This document shows, one piece after another, positions 52,305 through 63,340 of a stretch of DNA of 64,000 bases. This stretch comes from Macrostomum lignano (lineage: Eukaryota). Positions within the stretch are counted from its first letter, which is position 1. Every line of letters begins with the position of its first letter. Where the stretch lies: contig NIVC01000876.1 of NCBI GenBank assembly GCA_002269645.1, forward strand, positions 62,001-126,000, written 5' to 3'. The notes under the pieces are model-generated. The model was not told where the DNA came from, did not search any database, and worked only from the letters and a program-made list of their open reading frames with translations. The position numbers were made by a program, and so were the translations under genes.

Positions 52305-52530
52305 TCAAGTGAGGTCAAGAGTCAAGCAACAGTCCATCAAAAGGTCATATGAGGTCAAGAGTCAAGCAACGGACATTAAAGGGTCATATGAGGTCAAGAG
52401 TCAAGCAACGGTCCATCAAAAGGTCATATGAGGTCAAGAGTCAAGCAACGGTCCATCAAAAGGTCATATGAGGTCAAGGGGTCAAGCGGCTGCCCACCAA
52501 GGGACTAAGAGAGGTCAAGGGGGGTCAAAG
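52305..52530. repeat. 39/40-bp minisatellite rich in AGGTCA hexamers
   Basis: Unit GAGGTCAAGAGTCAAGCAACGGTCCATCAAAAGGTCATAT. Confidence 0.9.
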
Positions 52531-52558
52531 GACGCATCAACAGTTCTCGGTGCCGAAC

Positions 52559-52667
52559 CTCTAGCGAACTCCCGCCTGGCAACGCGAATTTCTCGCTGAT
52601 CTTTCAAAATGTCGCCCTCCCGTCGCTTGGCAACCCGCTCGGTCTGCTTGGACTGGCCGATCTGCTC
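52559..52667 (-). CDS. Uncharacterised coiled-coil protein, exon 3
   Basis: CCGCAG|GAG gives EQIGQSKQTERVAKRREGDILKDQREIRVARREFAR. Donor G|GTTCGG, phase 1, matched by the next exon. Confidence 0.72.
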
Positions 52668-53089
52668 CTGCGGATTGCCCGGGCATTCGAAATCGCTTCA
52701 TGAATCAATTTTCCAGTTTCAATACGACAAGAAACCATGCAAACTATAGCTATTCAGTTAAACAAATTTTGTGCCAAGTTTGAGAAATTTGTGCTCGAGT
52801 ATAATTTCTGATCTTGTGAGCTGGTGAATCGCAGACATGACATTAAATGAAATCTATAAGATCTGGGCTATCAGTCAGAAGCAATTTAGAAGTGACAAAA
52901 TAATCCAATTTTCAATTATAATTTTGCACAACAGTTTTTAAACATTTAATTAGCAAGCGTACATGTTGTACCTGCAAAGTATTGTCGGTTACACCTGGAA
53001 AATGTGTTCGAAGTGGTTACTACATGCAGGAGGGTTGGCTTAGAGTTCCCTGGGTTTGTGGTGTGGGCTGTGTGGACTGGGGTGTAAGA

Positions 53090-54450
53090 TTGAATTGGGA
53101 GGTAGGGTGTGGGATCAGGTGTAGGATTGAAGTGGAAGGTAGGGTGTGGGATCAGGTGTAGGATTGAAGTGGGAGGTAGGGTGTGGGATCAGGTGTAGGA
53201 TTGAAGTGGGAGGTAGGGTGTGGGATCAGGTGTAGGATTGAAGTGGGAGGTAGGTGTGGGATCAGGTGTAGGATTGAAGTGGGAGGTAGGGTGTGGGATA
53301 GGGTGTGGGATTGAAGTGGGAGGTAGGGTGTGGGATCAGGTGTAGGATTGAAGTGGGAGGTAGGGTGTGGGATCAGGTGTAGGGTTGAAGTGGGAGGTAG
53401 GGTGTGGGATCAGGTGTGGGATTGAAGTGAGAGGTAGGGTGTGGGATCAGGTGTGGGATTGAAGTGGGAGGTAGGGTGTGGGATAGGGTGTGGGATAGGG
53501 TGTGGGATTGAAGTGGGAGGTAGGTGTGGGATCAGGTGTAGGATTGAAGTGGGAGGTAGGGTGTGGGATAGGGTGTGGGATTGAAGTGGGAGGTAGGGTG
53601 TGGGATCAGGTGTAGGATTGAAGTGGGAGGTAGGGTGTGGGATAGGGTGTGGGATTGAAGTGGGAGGTAGGTGTGGGATCAGGTGTGGGATTGAAGTGGG
53701 AGGTAGGGTGTGGGATAGGGTGTGGGATTGAAGTGGGAGGTAGGTGTGAGATCAGGTGTAGGATTGAAGTGGGAGGTAGGGTGTGGGATAGGGTGTGGGA
53801 TTGAAGTGGGAGGTAGGGTGTGGGATCAGGTGTAGGATTGAAGTGGGAGGTAGGGTGTGGGATTGAAGTGGGAGGTAGGGTGTGGGATCAGGTGTAGGAT
53901 TGAAGTGGGAGGTAGGGTGTGGGATCAGGTGTAGGATTGAAGTGGGAGGTAGGGTGTGGGATCAGGTGTAGGATTGAAGTGGGAGGTAGGGTGTGGGATC
54001 AGGTGTAGGATTGAAGTGGGAGGTAGGGTGTGGGATCAGGTGTAGGATTGAAGTGGGAGGTAGGGTGTGGGATCAGGTGTAGGATTGAAGTGGGAGGTAG
54101 GGTGTGGGATCAGGTGTAGGATTGAAGTGGGAGGTAGGGTGTGGGATCAGGTGTAGGATTGAAGTGGGAGGTAGGGTGTGGGATCAGGTGTAGGATTGAA
54201 GTGGGAGGTAGGGTGTGGGATCAGGTGTAGGATTGAAGTGGGAGGTAGGGTGTGGGATAGGGTGTGGGATTGAAGTGGGAGGTAGGGTGTGGGATCAGGT
54301 GTAGGATTGAAGTGGGAGGTAGGTTGTGGGATAGGGTGTGGATCGGGTGTGGGAGGTAGGGTGTGGGATAGGGTGTGGATCGGGTGTGGGAGGTAGGGTG
54401 TGGGATAGGGTGTGGGATTGAAGTGGGAGATGGGGTGTGGGATCAGGTGT
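53090..54450. repeat. 37-bp G-rich minisatellite (GGGATCAGGTGTAGGATTGAAGTGGGAGGTAGGGTGT)n
   Basis: Direct inspection. Confidence 0.96.
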
Positions 54451-54483
54451 GAGATGCCAAGTACTGCACGGCTCCTCGCCCAC

Positions 54484-54766
54484 CTCAGTCCTCTTCAGCT
54501 TGGCCCGGTACTCTCGCTCAAACCGCTGCCGGTTGATTGACAGGTCGATCAGCTTCGCCTGGGCGCTGCCGCTGCTGCTGCCAGCGCCGCCGCTTTTGGA
54601 TTTCGGCGCCGTTTTGGCGCCTCCGCCGCCGGCATCCTGATGAGCGCCGCTATCGGCGCCACCCTGACGGTGATCTACGCTGAAGTTGGGCGAGTGCAGC
54701 TGGTACTGGTACACCAGCTTCTGGCTGTCCAGGTACCCGTCAAGACAGCACATTCGCTCTTTTGAA
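54484..54766 (-). CDS. Uncharacterised coiled-coil protein, exon 2
   Basis: AACAG|T in phase 2 gives SKERMCCLDGYLDSQKLVYQYQL...RFEREYRAKLKRTE. Donor GAG|GTGGGC, phase 0. Confidence 0.78.
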
Positions 54767-55131
54767 CTGTTCGAATTTCGATTTGGAGTGAGAAGGGAAG
54801 GTCAGGTAGTGCTATTAATTAGTTATTTATAGTAGTAGTGAGAGGTGAGTAATTACTGCAAATATGGAGAGCCATAATTGCAGGATAATTTCGTCGGAAG
54901 CTCTGAGCACTGGACAGTTTGCGTGTATAATTTTAACGATGAGGATTTTAGTTTAACCGAGTGAAACAGGAGAAGGCGGTCTAATTGCACCCTAGAGCCT
55001 TGAGCACAGCTGGCTGAGGGAGTAAATACGCTTTTGCGTGACGAGTCGGAGACACTTTGACAAGGCGCTGAAAGAATAGACAAACAGACAAAGAAAATCT
55101 GCTTCTTTAAAGTTCGTAAGAAATCACTCAC

Positions 55132-55277
55132 TGTAGGAAGTCGGCATAATCAAGCACGTCATCGTCGTTGAGACCTTTGCGCAGAGTGTAGATCAGGTGG
55201 TACTTGCTGGTGTGGTGCGGCGGCGGGAGCGCCAGCTGTCTGCTGGAGTCTCGGGAGCTGCGCTCCGTCTCAGCCAT
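55132..55277 (-). CDS. Uncharacterised coiled-coil protein, exon 1
   Basis: GCC ATG GCT gives MAETERSSRDSSRQLALPPPHHTSKYHLIYTLRKGLNDDDVLDYADFL. Donor CA|GTGAGT, phase 2. Confidence 0.75.
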
Positions 55278-55325
55278 GGCTGCAATGCGGTGATCGGATG
55301 TCGGGGTCTGAGTGGAATTACTAAG

Positions 55326-55832
55326 AGTGGGGTGGCTGTGCGGAGTGGGGTGGCGGGGTCTGATTGGAGTGGCTGTGCGGAGTGGGGTGGCGGGGTCTGA
55401 TTGGAGTGGCTGTGCGGAGTGGGGTGGCGGGGTCTGATTGGAGTGGCTGTGCGGAGTGGGGTGGCGGGGTCTGATTGAAGTGGCTGTGCGGAGTGGGGTG
55501 GCGGGGTCTGATTGGAGTGGCTGTGCGGAGTGGGGTGGCGGGGTCTGATTGAAGTGGCTGTGCGGAGTGGGGTGGCGGGGTCTGATTGGAGTGGCTGTGC
55601 GGAGTGGGGTGGCGGGGTCTGATTGGAGTGGCTGTGCGGAGTGGGGTGGCGGGGTCTGATTGAAGTGGCTGTGCGGAGTGGGGTGGCGGGGTCTGATTGG
55701 AGTGGCTGTGCGGAGTGGGGTGGCGGGGTCTGATTGGAGTGGCTGTGCGGAGTGGGGTAGCGGGGTCTGATTGGAGTGGCTGTGCGGAGTGGGGTAGCGG
55801 GGTCTGCTTGAAGTGGCTGTGCGGAGGGGTGG
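55326..55832. repeat. 37-bp G-rich minisatellite (GAGTGGGGTGGCGGGGTCTGATTGGAGTGGCTGTGCG)n
   Basis: Direct inspection; lies just upstream of the coiled-coil gene acceptor. Confidence 0.96.
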
Positions 55833-56997
55833 CTGTCCAATGCGAGTGTAAGCAACAGTTCCAGTCGTCTAATTCAATTCTAAACACACGCTCGTACAAA
55901 GTAAAAAAGGAGATTAAAACTCGTCCTTTTAATTAGGCAACGAATAAGAAAACTCCTAGGGCTAGAAATTGAAGGCTTGACGGAGCGGAAAGAAACGAAA
56001 TGGCGCTGATTTTTTTACTCCACTAATTAGCGAATGCTGAGCCCGGAAGTTCACTCAGAGAATACTTCTTTTTAATCAGAAAAAGTAATGCTTTATCAAG
56101 GGATTTATTACAGAAGCGAATGCTTGCTGAGTGAGAGCTGTGACTTTCAAAAAGGAATTTTAGCCGCTGTCCGACCAACTGCCAGCGTGTGAAGACTGAA
56201 CGAGAGACTGAGTAGACACTTTCCGAATCCGAAATTAAAATTTATCAAAATCAAACAGCCAAAAACCAAAGGAGGCAAAACACAAAGCAGTGTCTGACAA
56301 GTCATAACCCTCAAACAATGGACTGCCTGCCAGGATGCCAAAATTTGATTCCTACTCTTCGTTGAGAAGTTAAAATTAAAACAAAAAAGGAATGCAGACG
56401 CCGCGGAACACAAAGCCCGCCCCGGGATTCTGGCAATCAAGCATCCATCTGGGCAGCTGCATCAGATCGAAACCAAACAGCAATAGCGACTCGGCCTGTG
56501 CCCCGCGGAGGATAAATGTCCCGCATTGCTGGAATCTGGAAGGACCGATCGCGGATGTCAGATATGGAAAGCTGAGCTGCAGGGATGGTTGGCTGTTTTA
56601 AAAAAATCAATTGTACCTTTTTTACCGAAGAGAATTGAAAGGAACAAAAAAGAGCTTTTTCGCTATAACTATGATCACCAAAGGACTTCTAAGAAAGAGT
56701 CTGGAAGGTGCGCCTTCACGGCTTTAGCGGGCTCTAAGGCTAAGAAAGAAACAAATTGACAAAGGTTCAAAAGTTTGATAAAAAAAGCGAAAAGAAGAAA
56801 TCAATAAATAAAATTACACGTTTGAACAGATTTTTTGTATTTATCTGCGTTAAAAATCATTTTGTTATAATAGTTGCAGATTAAACTTTGAGGCAATTCT
56901 TAGTATTTGGTATTTTTAGTGCCAATATTAAAAGAAAAACTCATGGTGGGATTTGATAACGGAAAGCTTTTAAATCGAAGGGTCTTGATCAACAAAC

Positions 56998-57170
56998 ATG
57001 ACGTCATAGCTTAGAGATGACGTCATAGCTTAAAGATGACGTCATTATTGAAAAAAGATGAAAAGACTCGCTATCACACGAACAGAGTAAAAATAACTCA
57101 AATTGACAGTCAAGTATTTAGTTATACGGATTTCAATGATCCTGACGTCACTGATAAAAGATGACGTCAT
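56998..57170. promoter_or_regulatory. Cluster of five perfect CRE octamers (TGACGTCA)
   Basis: TGACGTCA at 56999, 57018, 57037, 57143 and 57162. Function is inferred only. Confidence 0.55.
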
Positions 57171-58633
57171 CGACAAAAGTACGTCTTGTCAGAGCAGCCG
57201 CTGAATTGCACTTTGCTGCTGCTGTTGTTGGTAAAGATTTTAATAGTTTTAGGCTTATGATGGGGACTCAAACTTGAGACTATGGTCAATTGAATTTATA
57301 CAGAAATACGGTTGCAACGGTTTCACAAATATTTATAGCTCAATAAAAAGAAGCTAAACTTGAAGAAAAAGTAAACAAACAAGTAATAACACAAGCTAGT
57401 GGAAACAGATTTCTAATTCTAAAGCATTTGTAAGAGTTAGCATGAAATCTTTGCAGACAGAGGAAAATTATTGTTGAATTAATTAAAATTATTGAAGCCT
57501 TAACGCGACACTCTACTAATAGACGTATAAAAGCGAAAATAGCAAGCGGAATGTGTTTTTAGCAAGAAAATTCTACTGGGTTAACATTAAGACAGTTTTT
57601 GGCCCGACAGACAAACTCGGATTGTAAAAGAAAGCATCGAAGCGGTGCCGTCTCCAAGATCAGGAATCGAAAAGTGTCAAAAGACACGGCCTGCCAAATT
57701 CAGACACATCAGGACGGAGTGTGTTTACTAGCTGAAAGTAAAAAAACATTCACACAATCGATTGAGGCTACTTACTAAAGTAGCAAGAACCGCTGGAGGA
57801 AGAGTTTGTGATAAGACGGACAGGCCAAGCAAGCGGCAGAAAAAACAATTAGCCAAAGAGTTGCAGAATTTGTGACAAGAACAGGAAAAATAGAATTGCT
57901 CGCGTACGTGCATTTTAATATGAGCATAGCAACCGCATAGTAACGAGGGGTGCTCCTGTATCCAAGGTAGACATTTCCGTTGCTATGGAAATATTTTATT
58001 GGCAGAACAATAAACTTTCAAATTATGACAAAATAGAAGCATTTTACTTACCATACTACTGACCCATTGGGAGAAAATAGTTATGAATTATAACAGAGTT
58101 TTAGTTTTTTCAACCAAAAAATGGTCAACCCACAGATTGCAAATGTCTTTGAAAATTTTAGGAAGCTGGTTTTACCGGAAATATACATTATGGAGATAGG
58201 AAGTTTTCATTTTTTCAGCACAAAAATTGTTATTGATTTTGACATGAGACAGAATCAATCTTCATCTTTTGATATGTTCTTATCTTATAGCTCTATTGAT
58301 ATTCATCAAGCTTTTAGTTTAGAAAATTAGGATTCTACTTTTTGGTGAAACCTACATTAGAAGGTAATACATTAATGTTAAGGGTTACACTAGTATTAAT
58401 ATTTCAGGTAAATGTTGCCTCCTAAAATTTTGCAAGAAACCCTACACCATTCAAGTAAGTCTTGGCAACCAAAAGCTTGCAAGAGTTTGTTATTCTCAAG
58501 TAAAATTTTGAATAGTCTTTCAGAAAACGCGCTCACAATTTTTTAAAGATTTGGACAGGTAACAAAATTCTAAAATAACACCTGATAAATTAAGTCCAGC
58601 CTTCCATCTACGGCAGTCCCGGGTTCGAATCGC

Positions 58634-59038
58634 TCAGCTGATTGTCACCCGCTTGCAGCCACACTGCACGCAGAACTTGGCGGTGCCAGTCGGGAACTTG
58701 TTGCCGCACTCGTGACAGAAGTTCGACATCCCACCGTTGCCACCGCCGCTGCCACCGCGGGCTGCCGCTGGCGCCCTGCCGTAGCCGGCGCTGCCGTTCG
58801 ATGGGGCGCCGCCGCCGCCTCCACCACCGCCGCCGCCATAGCCGTAGCGCGCTGGCCCGGTGGCTGCGGCGCCGGCACCGCCGTAGCGCGCAGCGCCTCC
58901 GGCGCCACCGCCGCCGCCTCCGCCGTACCTGGCCGGGCCGCCCGAGCTGCGGCCGCCTGCGTTGCCGGAGTTGCCGCGGCTCTCCGCCGCCAACTCCCTG
59001 GCGTCCATGTAGTCCTGGCGATTCGGGGATGGGGCGGT
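58634..59038 (-). CDS. ZC2HC1A: ZC2HC1A terminal exon (Gly-rich linker plus C-terminal zinc ribbon)
   Basis: Ends MSNFCHECGNKFPTGTAKFCVQCGCKRVTIS*. NAGNAG acceptor (CAGCAG) allows the exon to start at 59041 or 59038. TGA at 58634-58636. Confidence 0.88.
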   Translation of the reverse strand, partial: TAPSPNRQDYMDARELAAESRGNSGNAGGRSSGGPARYGGGGGGGAGGAARYGGAGAAATGPARYGYGGGGGGGGGGAPSNGSAGYGRAPAAARGGSGGGNGGMSNFCHECGNKFPTGTAKFCVQCGCKRVTIS

Positions 59039-59048
59039 CTGCTGCACA

Positions 59049-59275
59049 TGTAGTTTATGGCACCCAGTTACTGTAGCACCTGTAGTTTATGGCACTTAAT
59101 TACTGTAGCACCTGTAGTTTATGCCACCAAGTTACTGTAGCACCTGTAGTTTATGGCACCCAGTTACTGCAGCACCTGTAGTTTATGGCACCCAGCTACT
59201 GCAGCACCTGTAGTTTATGGCACCCAGCTACTGCAGCACCTGTAGTTTATGGCACCCAGCTACTGCAGCACCCGT
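59049..59275. repeat. 32-bp minisatellite (CTGTAGTTTATGGCACCCAGTTACTGTAGCAC)n in ZC2HC1A intron 2
   Basis: Direct inspection, about 7 copies. Confidence 0.92.
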
Positions 59276-59324
59276 AGCAAAAGCCAACAAGAACAGAGAT
59301 TGGCAGCAAAGGAGCCCCCCCCAC

Positions 59325-59801
59325 CTTCACAGTTTTGCCTGTTCGCAGCGGGGCACCGCCGCTCGGTACTCGCCCGCCGCCGGCGCCCGTCGAAGCTCCG
59401 GCGGCCACTTTCGGCTTGGGTGGCTGGTACTGCGTCCTGATGGCCATCTTCTGGTGGGCGTCACTTGTGTTGTACTGGTTGGTCTTGGTTGCCATACTGC
59501 CGCCGCGAGCTGCTGCGCCGCCTCCGCCGCGACCTGCTGCACCGCCTCCGCCGCCGCCTCCCGGCCCGCTGATTCGGGCATTTTTCTCCCGACAGAACGG
59601 GATGTGCCTATCGGCGGCTTTCTCGTTGAACCGGCGGCCGCAGTAGTTGCAGAGGATCAGCGACGGGTCGATGGTGGGCGGCGGCGGCGGCGGCAGGGGG
59701 CCGCCGGTCTCGGCCGCGTGCTGGTACTGCTTGGCGGCCCGGATGTTCCGGATGAAGTCCTCGTGTCGTTGGCGCCAGTTGTGCTTCCGTTCGGCCGCGG
59801 C
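59325..59801 (-). CDS. ZC2HC1A: ZC2HC1A exon 2 (second C2HC finger)
   Basis: NWRQRHEDFIRNIRAAK...GGPLPPPPPPTIDPSLILCNYCGRRFNEKAADRHIPFCREK. Acceptor CCGCAG|GCC; donor AAG|GTGGGG (or ACT|GTGAAG 9 nt earlier). Confidence 0.9.
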
Positions 59802-60036
59802 CTGCGGGTTGTTCGTGAGATTCACAGCCGTGAAGGTTAAACCCCCAAGGCACACAGAATGTACCTGTCTGACGATTAGAAAGTCGGGGCCGCTGTACAC
59901 CCTGTGTGAGCGTGTGTACACTATTGGCGCGCTGGCGTCAGGGTGTCACCAATTCTGTTTAGTCCGCAAGTTCCAGAGCGAAGTTTTTGGCTCCCTGAGG
60001 ACCCCCTGCATCAAATCGAGTACCCTGCAGTTTTAC

Positions 60037-60267
60037 CTGAACTTTGGCAGGATCGCGCGGGGGCGGCTGGTTGACTTTGATGATCTTGGTGATCGGCACG
60101 TCCGAGCCGGTGGCCCGCTGCTTGCCGGACTCGAACACGCGGCGCTTTTTCTGAGCCGCTTTCTTGCAGATTGGCGAGTGCTTCATCAGCACGTCGGGAC
60201 GGAAGGTCCGGCCGCAGGTGAAGCAGGACTGCAGGTCCGCGCTGTCGCTGTACTCTGGGATGCTCAT
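60037..60267 (-). CDS. ZC2HC1A: Zinc finger C2HC domain-containing protein 1A (FAM164A), exon 1
   Basis: LQSCFTCGRTFRPDVLMKHSPICKKAAQKKRRVFESGKQRATGSD is the first C2HC finger plus the conserved RKxFDSxxQR-type motif. Donor CAG|GTAAAA, phase 0. Confidence 0.9.
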
Positions 60268-62021
60268 AGTTGCCGGGTGCTGATAGTACTTCTGCTTGTT
60301 TAGCTGAAGGTCACAGTTAGCATTAATTTAAAATAAAATAATAAGCAATAAACTGAAAAGTTTCACTCTTTTTCTAATAGCAAGAATAATATAAGGTGAA
60401 ATTAAAAAGAAAGTAACCATTGTGCATTTGAATAAAGTTCGAATTCAACTTAACTTATAATAGTTTTTCCCCAAAATTAAGTTATAAATAATACATTTTA
60501 ATCCCTGAATATTTCAACCTCAGACAAATATTGTTGTTGTATCTGTAGAAAGGGTTTAAATGGCAGAAAGTTAAACAACCATTAAGCAACTATTACATTC
60601 ATATCTATAGTCCAGATTCAGCAAAATTTCTTTAAAAATCATGCAGTCAATGCAAAAGTTTGATAATTGATTCAACTGTTTAATTTATGCAAAAATCCAC
60701 TTGGTCAAGCTGGTCTTCATAAAATAGTTTGCAATAAATTTGTCAAATTTACTTATAGTTCATCTCAAATTACAGTTGAACAGTATCAGACATGTTTGTA
60801 ATAGAAATATATTTTATGGCATGCATCAACATCAATTCAATAGCTCATTTTACTTTTTTTACAAAAAACATAGTATTTTGTGAACCCCTGTCAATAGTCA
60901 AAGTAGGCATATATAGGAATACACATCCAAACTAATTAAGTAAATTGAGTAATTGAGTCAATCGTGATAGATACAAACGTTATTATGAACTATTAACTGT
61001 TAAAAAACGAAGAATAGATGTTTTCTGTGCAGCTCAGCATATATATAAAATATTAACAGTATGCTGGACTAAATTTTAATGTCGACTGATTAAAGCACTA
61101 TAAAAGGTAACATAGAATGTACAATATTAGTTTTCGTAAGTTCGCGATCTGTAAAACTGCAAGTGGCTAATTTGTCTCACGCGATGAACAATAACTGGTC
61201 ACATAATATTGTGAATTGAATACCAGAGCAGCAGTATTGGAAAAAAGTTTAGTTTTTTTGCTTTAAAACATTCCACTGCATCAAGCAACAGGAATAACGC
61301 AGGTCCTTATAAGTTGTTAAATAAGTCTAGAATGTTGAATTAGATAAATCGTTTAAGTTTTATTCTAAAAATTGGTGCTCATGCCGTACGTTCTACAGTA
61401 TTTTGTTTTTATTTAAAAAATCGTTTAAAATCATCGAGATTTTTAATTTTTATGTATAATATAATAATTTTATGCGGAGATTTTTTATTATAGTTTTTAC
61501 CGTTACCGTGCGTAGAATGTGCGCCCCATTCACGTATTTTCTGCCCTGAGCATCGACCAAAACTTTATACAGTTTACAGTTGTAAAATTGGCCAGGCCAT
61601 TGGTATGTGGTATGGTGACCACTGACTAGAAATCAATACTAAATCAATCAATGGCTAGGGTCTATGGCTTTGCAGCTTTGCTATATAGTTCTTGGAAGGC
61701 CTAATGAGTCATGACTAATGCATATTTTTTATAATCAAGTTTTCATTTCTAGAGATTTTTGCCAAAGCCTATTAGCGCAATCCTCTAGACTAGAGTCTAG
61801 TTTTGCACATTTAGGGCCTAATTATTTTTCAAAAAATAGTGACTTTATTAGGCCTAGACTGTAAGGCCTAGCCGCCTAGTGAGTAGTGGATGACCACCTC
61901 GGCAGGAATCCATCTATTCTTTTTCTCCCTTCTGAAATCTAGCATCAGAACTTTTTCTCCCTTCTGGAACTTTCTCAGCAATGCTCCTCTATGGCTTTGT
62001 CATTCGGTCACACTAGTCTGC

Positions 62022-62342
62022 TTAGGGCATATCCAGTACTTTTGAATAGGTGTTCAGCCTAAGAAAGTCTAATTGAGTCCGGTGCTTGTAGCATAGCATC
62101 ATTTCACCTGGCATCCTACCAGTTATAGAGTGAGGTGTACTTCTGTATTTGAACAAGAAGTTCTGCATACTCAGTATTGGGTCTCCATCCATTTTGATTC
62201 TAGCTTTAATAGCAGACTTCGCAGTCTGGACCATCCTCTTGCTAAGTCCATTAGTATGCAGATGTCTAGCAGCCATTAAAATCTGACAAATATTATTTTG
62301 CTTCAAAAATGCACAATGAGTAAAACTGACTGCCGTTGTCAC
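62022..62342 (-). mobile_element. Degenerate Ty3/gypsy-type integrase fragment
   Basis: FLKQNNI...HTNGLSKRMVQTAK...FLFKYRSTPHSITGRMPGEMM...RTQLDFL matches the integrase core C-half pattern SNGxAERxVxTxK...YRxTPHxxTGxSPAE. No LTRs or other domains recognisable. Confidence 0.8.
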
Positions 62343-62504
62343 TTAAGACTTGCTGAAGAATTCCGAACCTTATGAAAGTATTTTGCAGGCACTCAATTGT
62401 CTTACTTGTAGTCGCATGTTTCATAGGAAAAATCTTGACCTATTTGCTAGGCCCTAGTTGCGTCAACAATGATAAGCCAGAAATCTGTTAGTGAAATGGT
62501 CCTA

Positions 62505-63340
62505 TGACTTACTTGACTTAGCTGCAGGATGGTCTGTAGACATAGCAGAGAGGCAAAGGTCGTCCATTCCGCTAGCCCCTGAAGGCCCACAGACAGGCAG
62601 AGGTGTGGGGCTGGTCAGGGTGGTCCACCAGTCTGTCCTGCAGCGTGATCTTCCGTTGGGAAGAAACTGGCTCATCTAGTCGCCCGAAAGAACTGGATGA
62701 GCCGAGGGATGCTATTGGGCTGGCAGACCTCATCAATAGATAGGTTTGGCGTAGGTAGTGTAGCCAGTCTCTGTTGAAGAAAGGGCAGTGACAAACAAAG
62801 TGCTGAGCATCTTCATTGTCGTACTTACAAAAGGGGCAAAGTTTGCTCTCAAGGTCACCTCGAAGAAAGCAGTGCCTGGCGAGGTAGCCATGGCCAGTAA
62901 GGGTCATGACAAGGGCTCCAATTCTGGTTCAAAAAGATGTTTCTAAGCCTGCAAGATGGGCAGGGAACCGCGGCACAAGATTGCCGGCAGTTTTGAGTGC
63001 CCACCCATCTATCCCTATGGAGGGAGTCAGCCCAGTCGTCGATCTGACAATTGATGACTGTCAAGGGCATAGGGACCAGGGGGGCAGGGCCGAAGAAAGA
63101 GCCAGAGCCACCCCTCTTGGCGAGGGTATCTGCCAGCTTGTTCCCCAGAAAGCTTGCATGCCCCGGGATCTACTTCAGCCTGACAGTATTGCTACTGGCC
63201 AGGAGGTTGAGCTGCCGGGCGCAGTCGGCGACTGTCCAGGAGTTCGTTGTGGTGTGGCAAAGGTCCCATGTAATCCAGCTAGATTCTTGTCCATGGCTTC
63301 TCTGGCCAAACAAGAGGTTGTACAGGTGCCTGTGCAGGTA
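62505..63340 (-). mobile_element. Decayed 3' fragment of a related RNase H-bearing LINE
   Basis: On the minus strand it reads VADCARQLNLLASSNTVRLK*IPGHASFLGNKLADTLAKRG (RNase H C-half, stop at the conserved W), then LTGHGYL...LCPFCKYDNEDAQHFVCHCP, then a TAAGTCAAGTAAGTCA tail at 62505-62520. Confidence 0.8.

Noticed and set aside
57590-57915. Broken + strand reading frames as a transposase or endonuclease relic
   Set aside because: No diagnostic motif could be identified.
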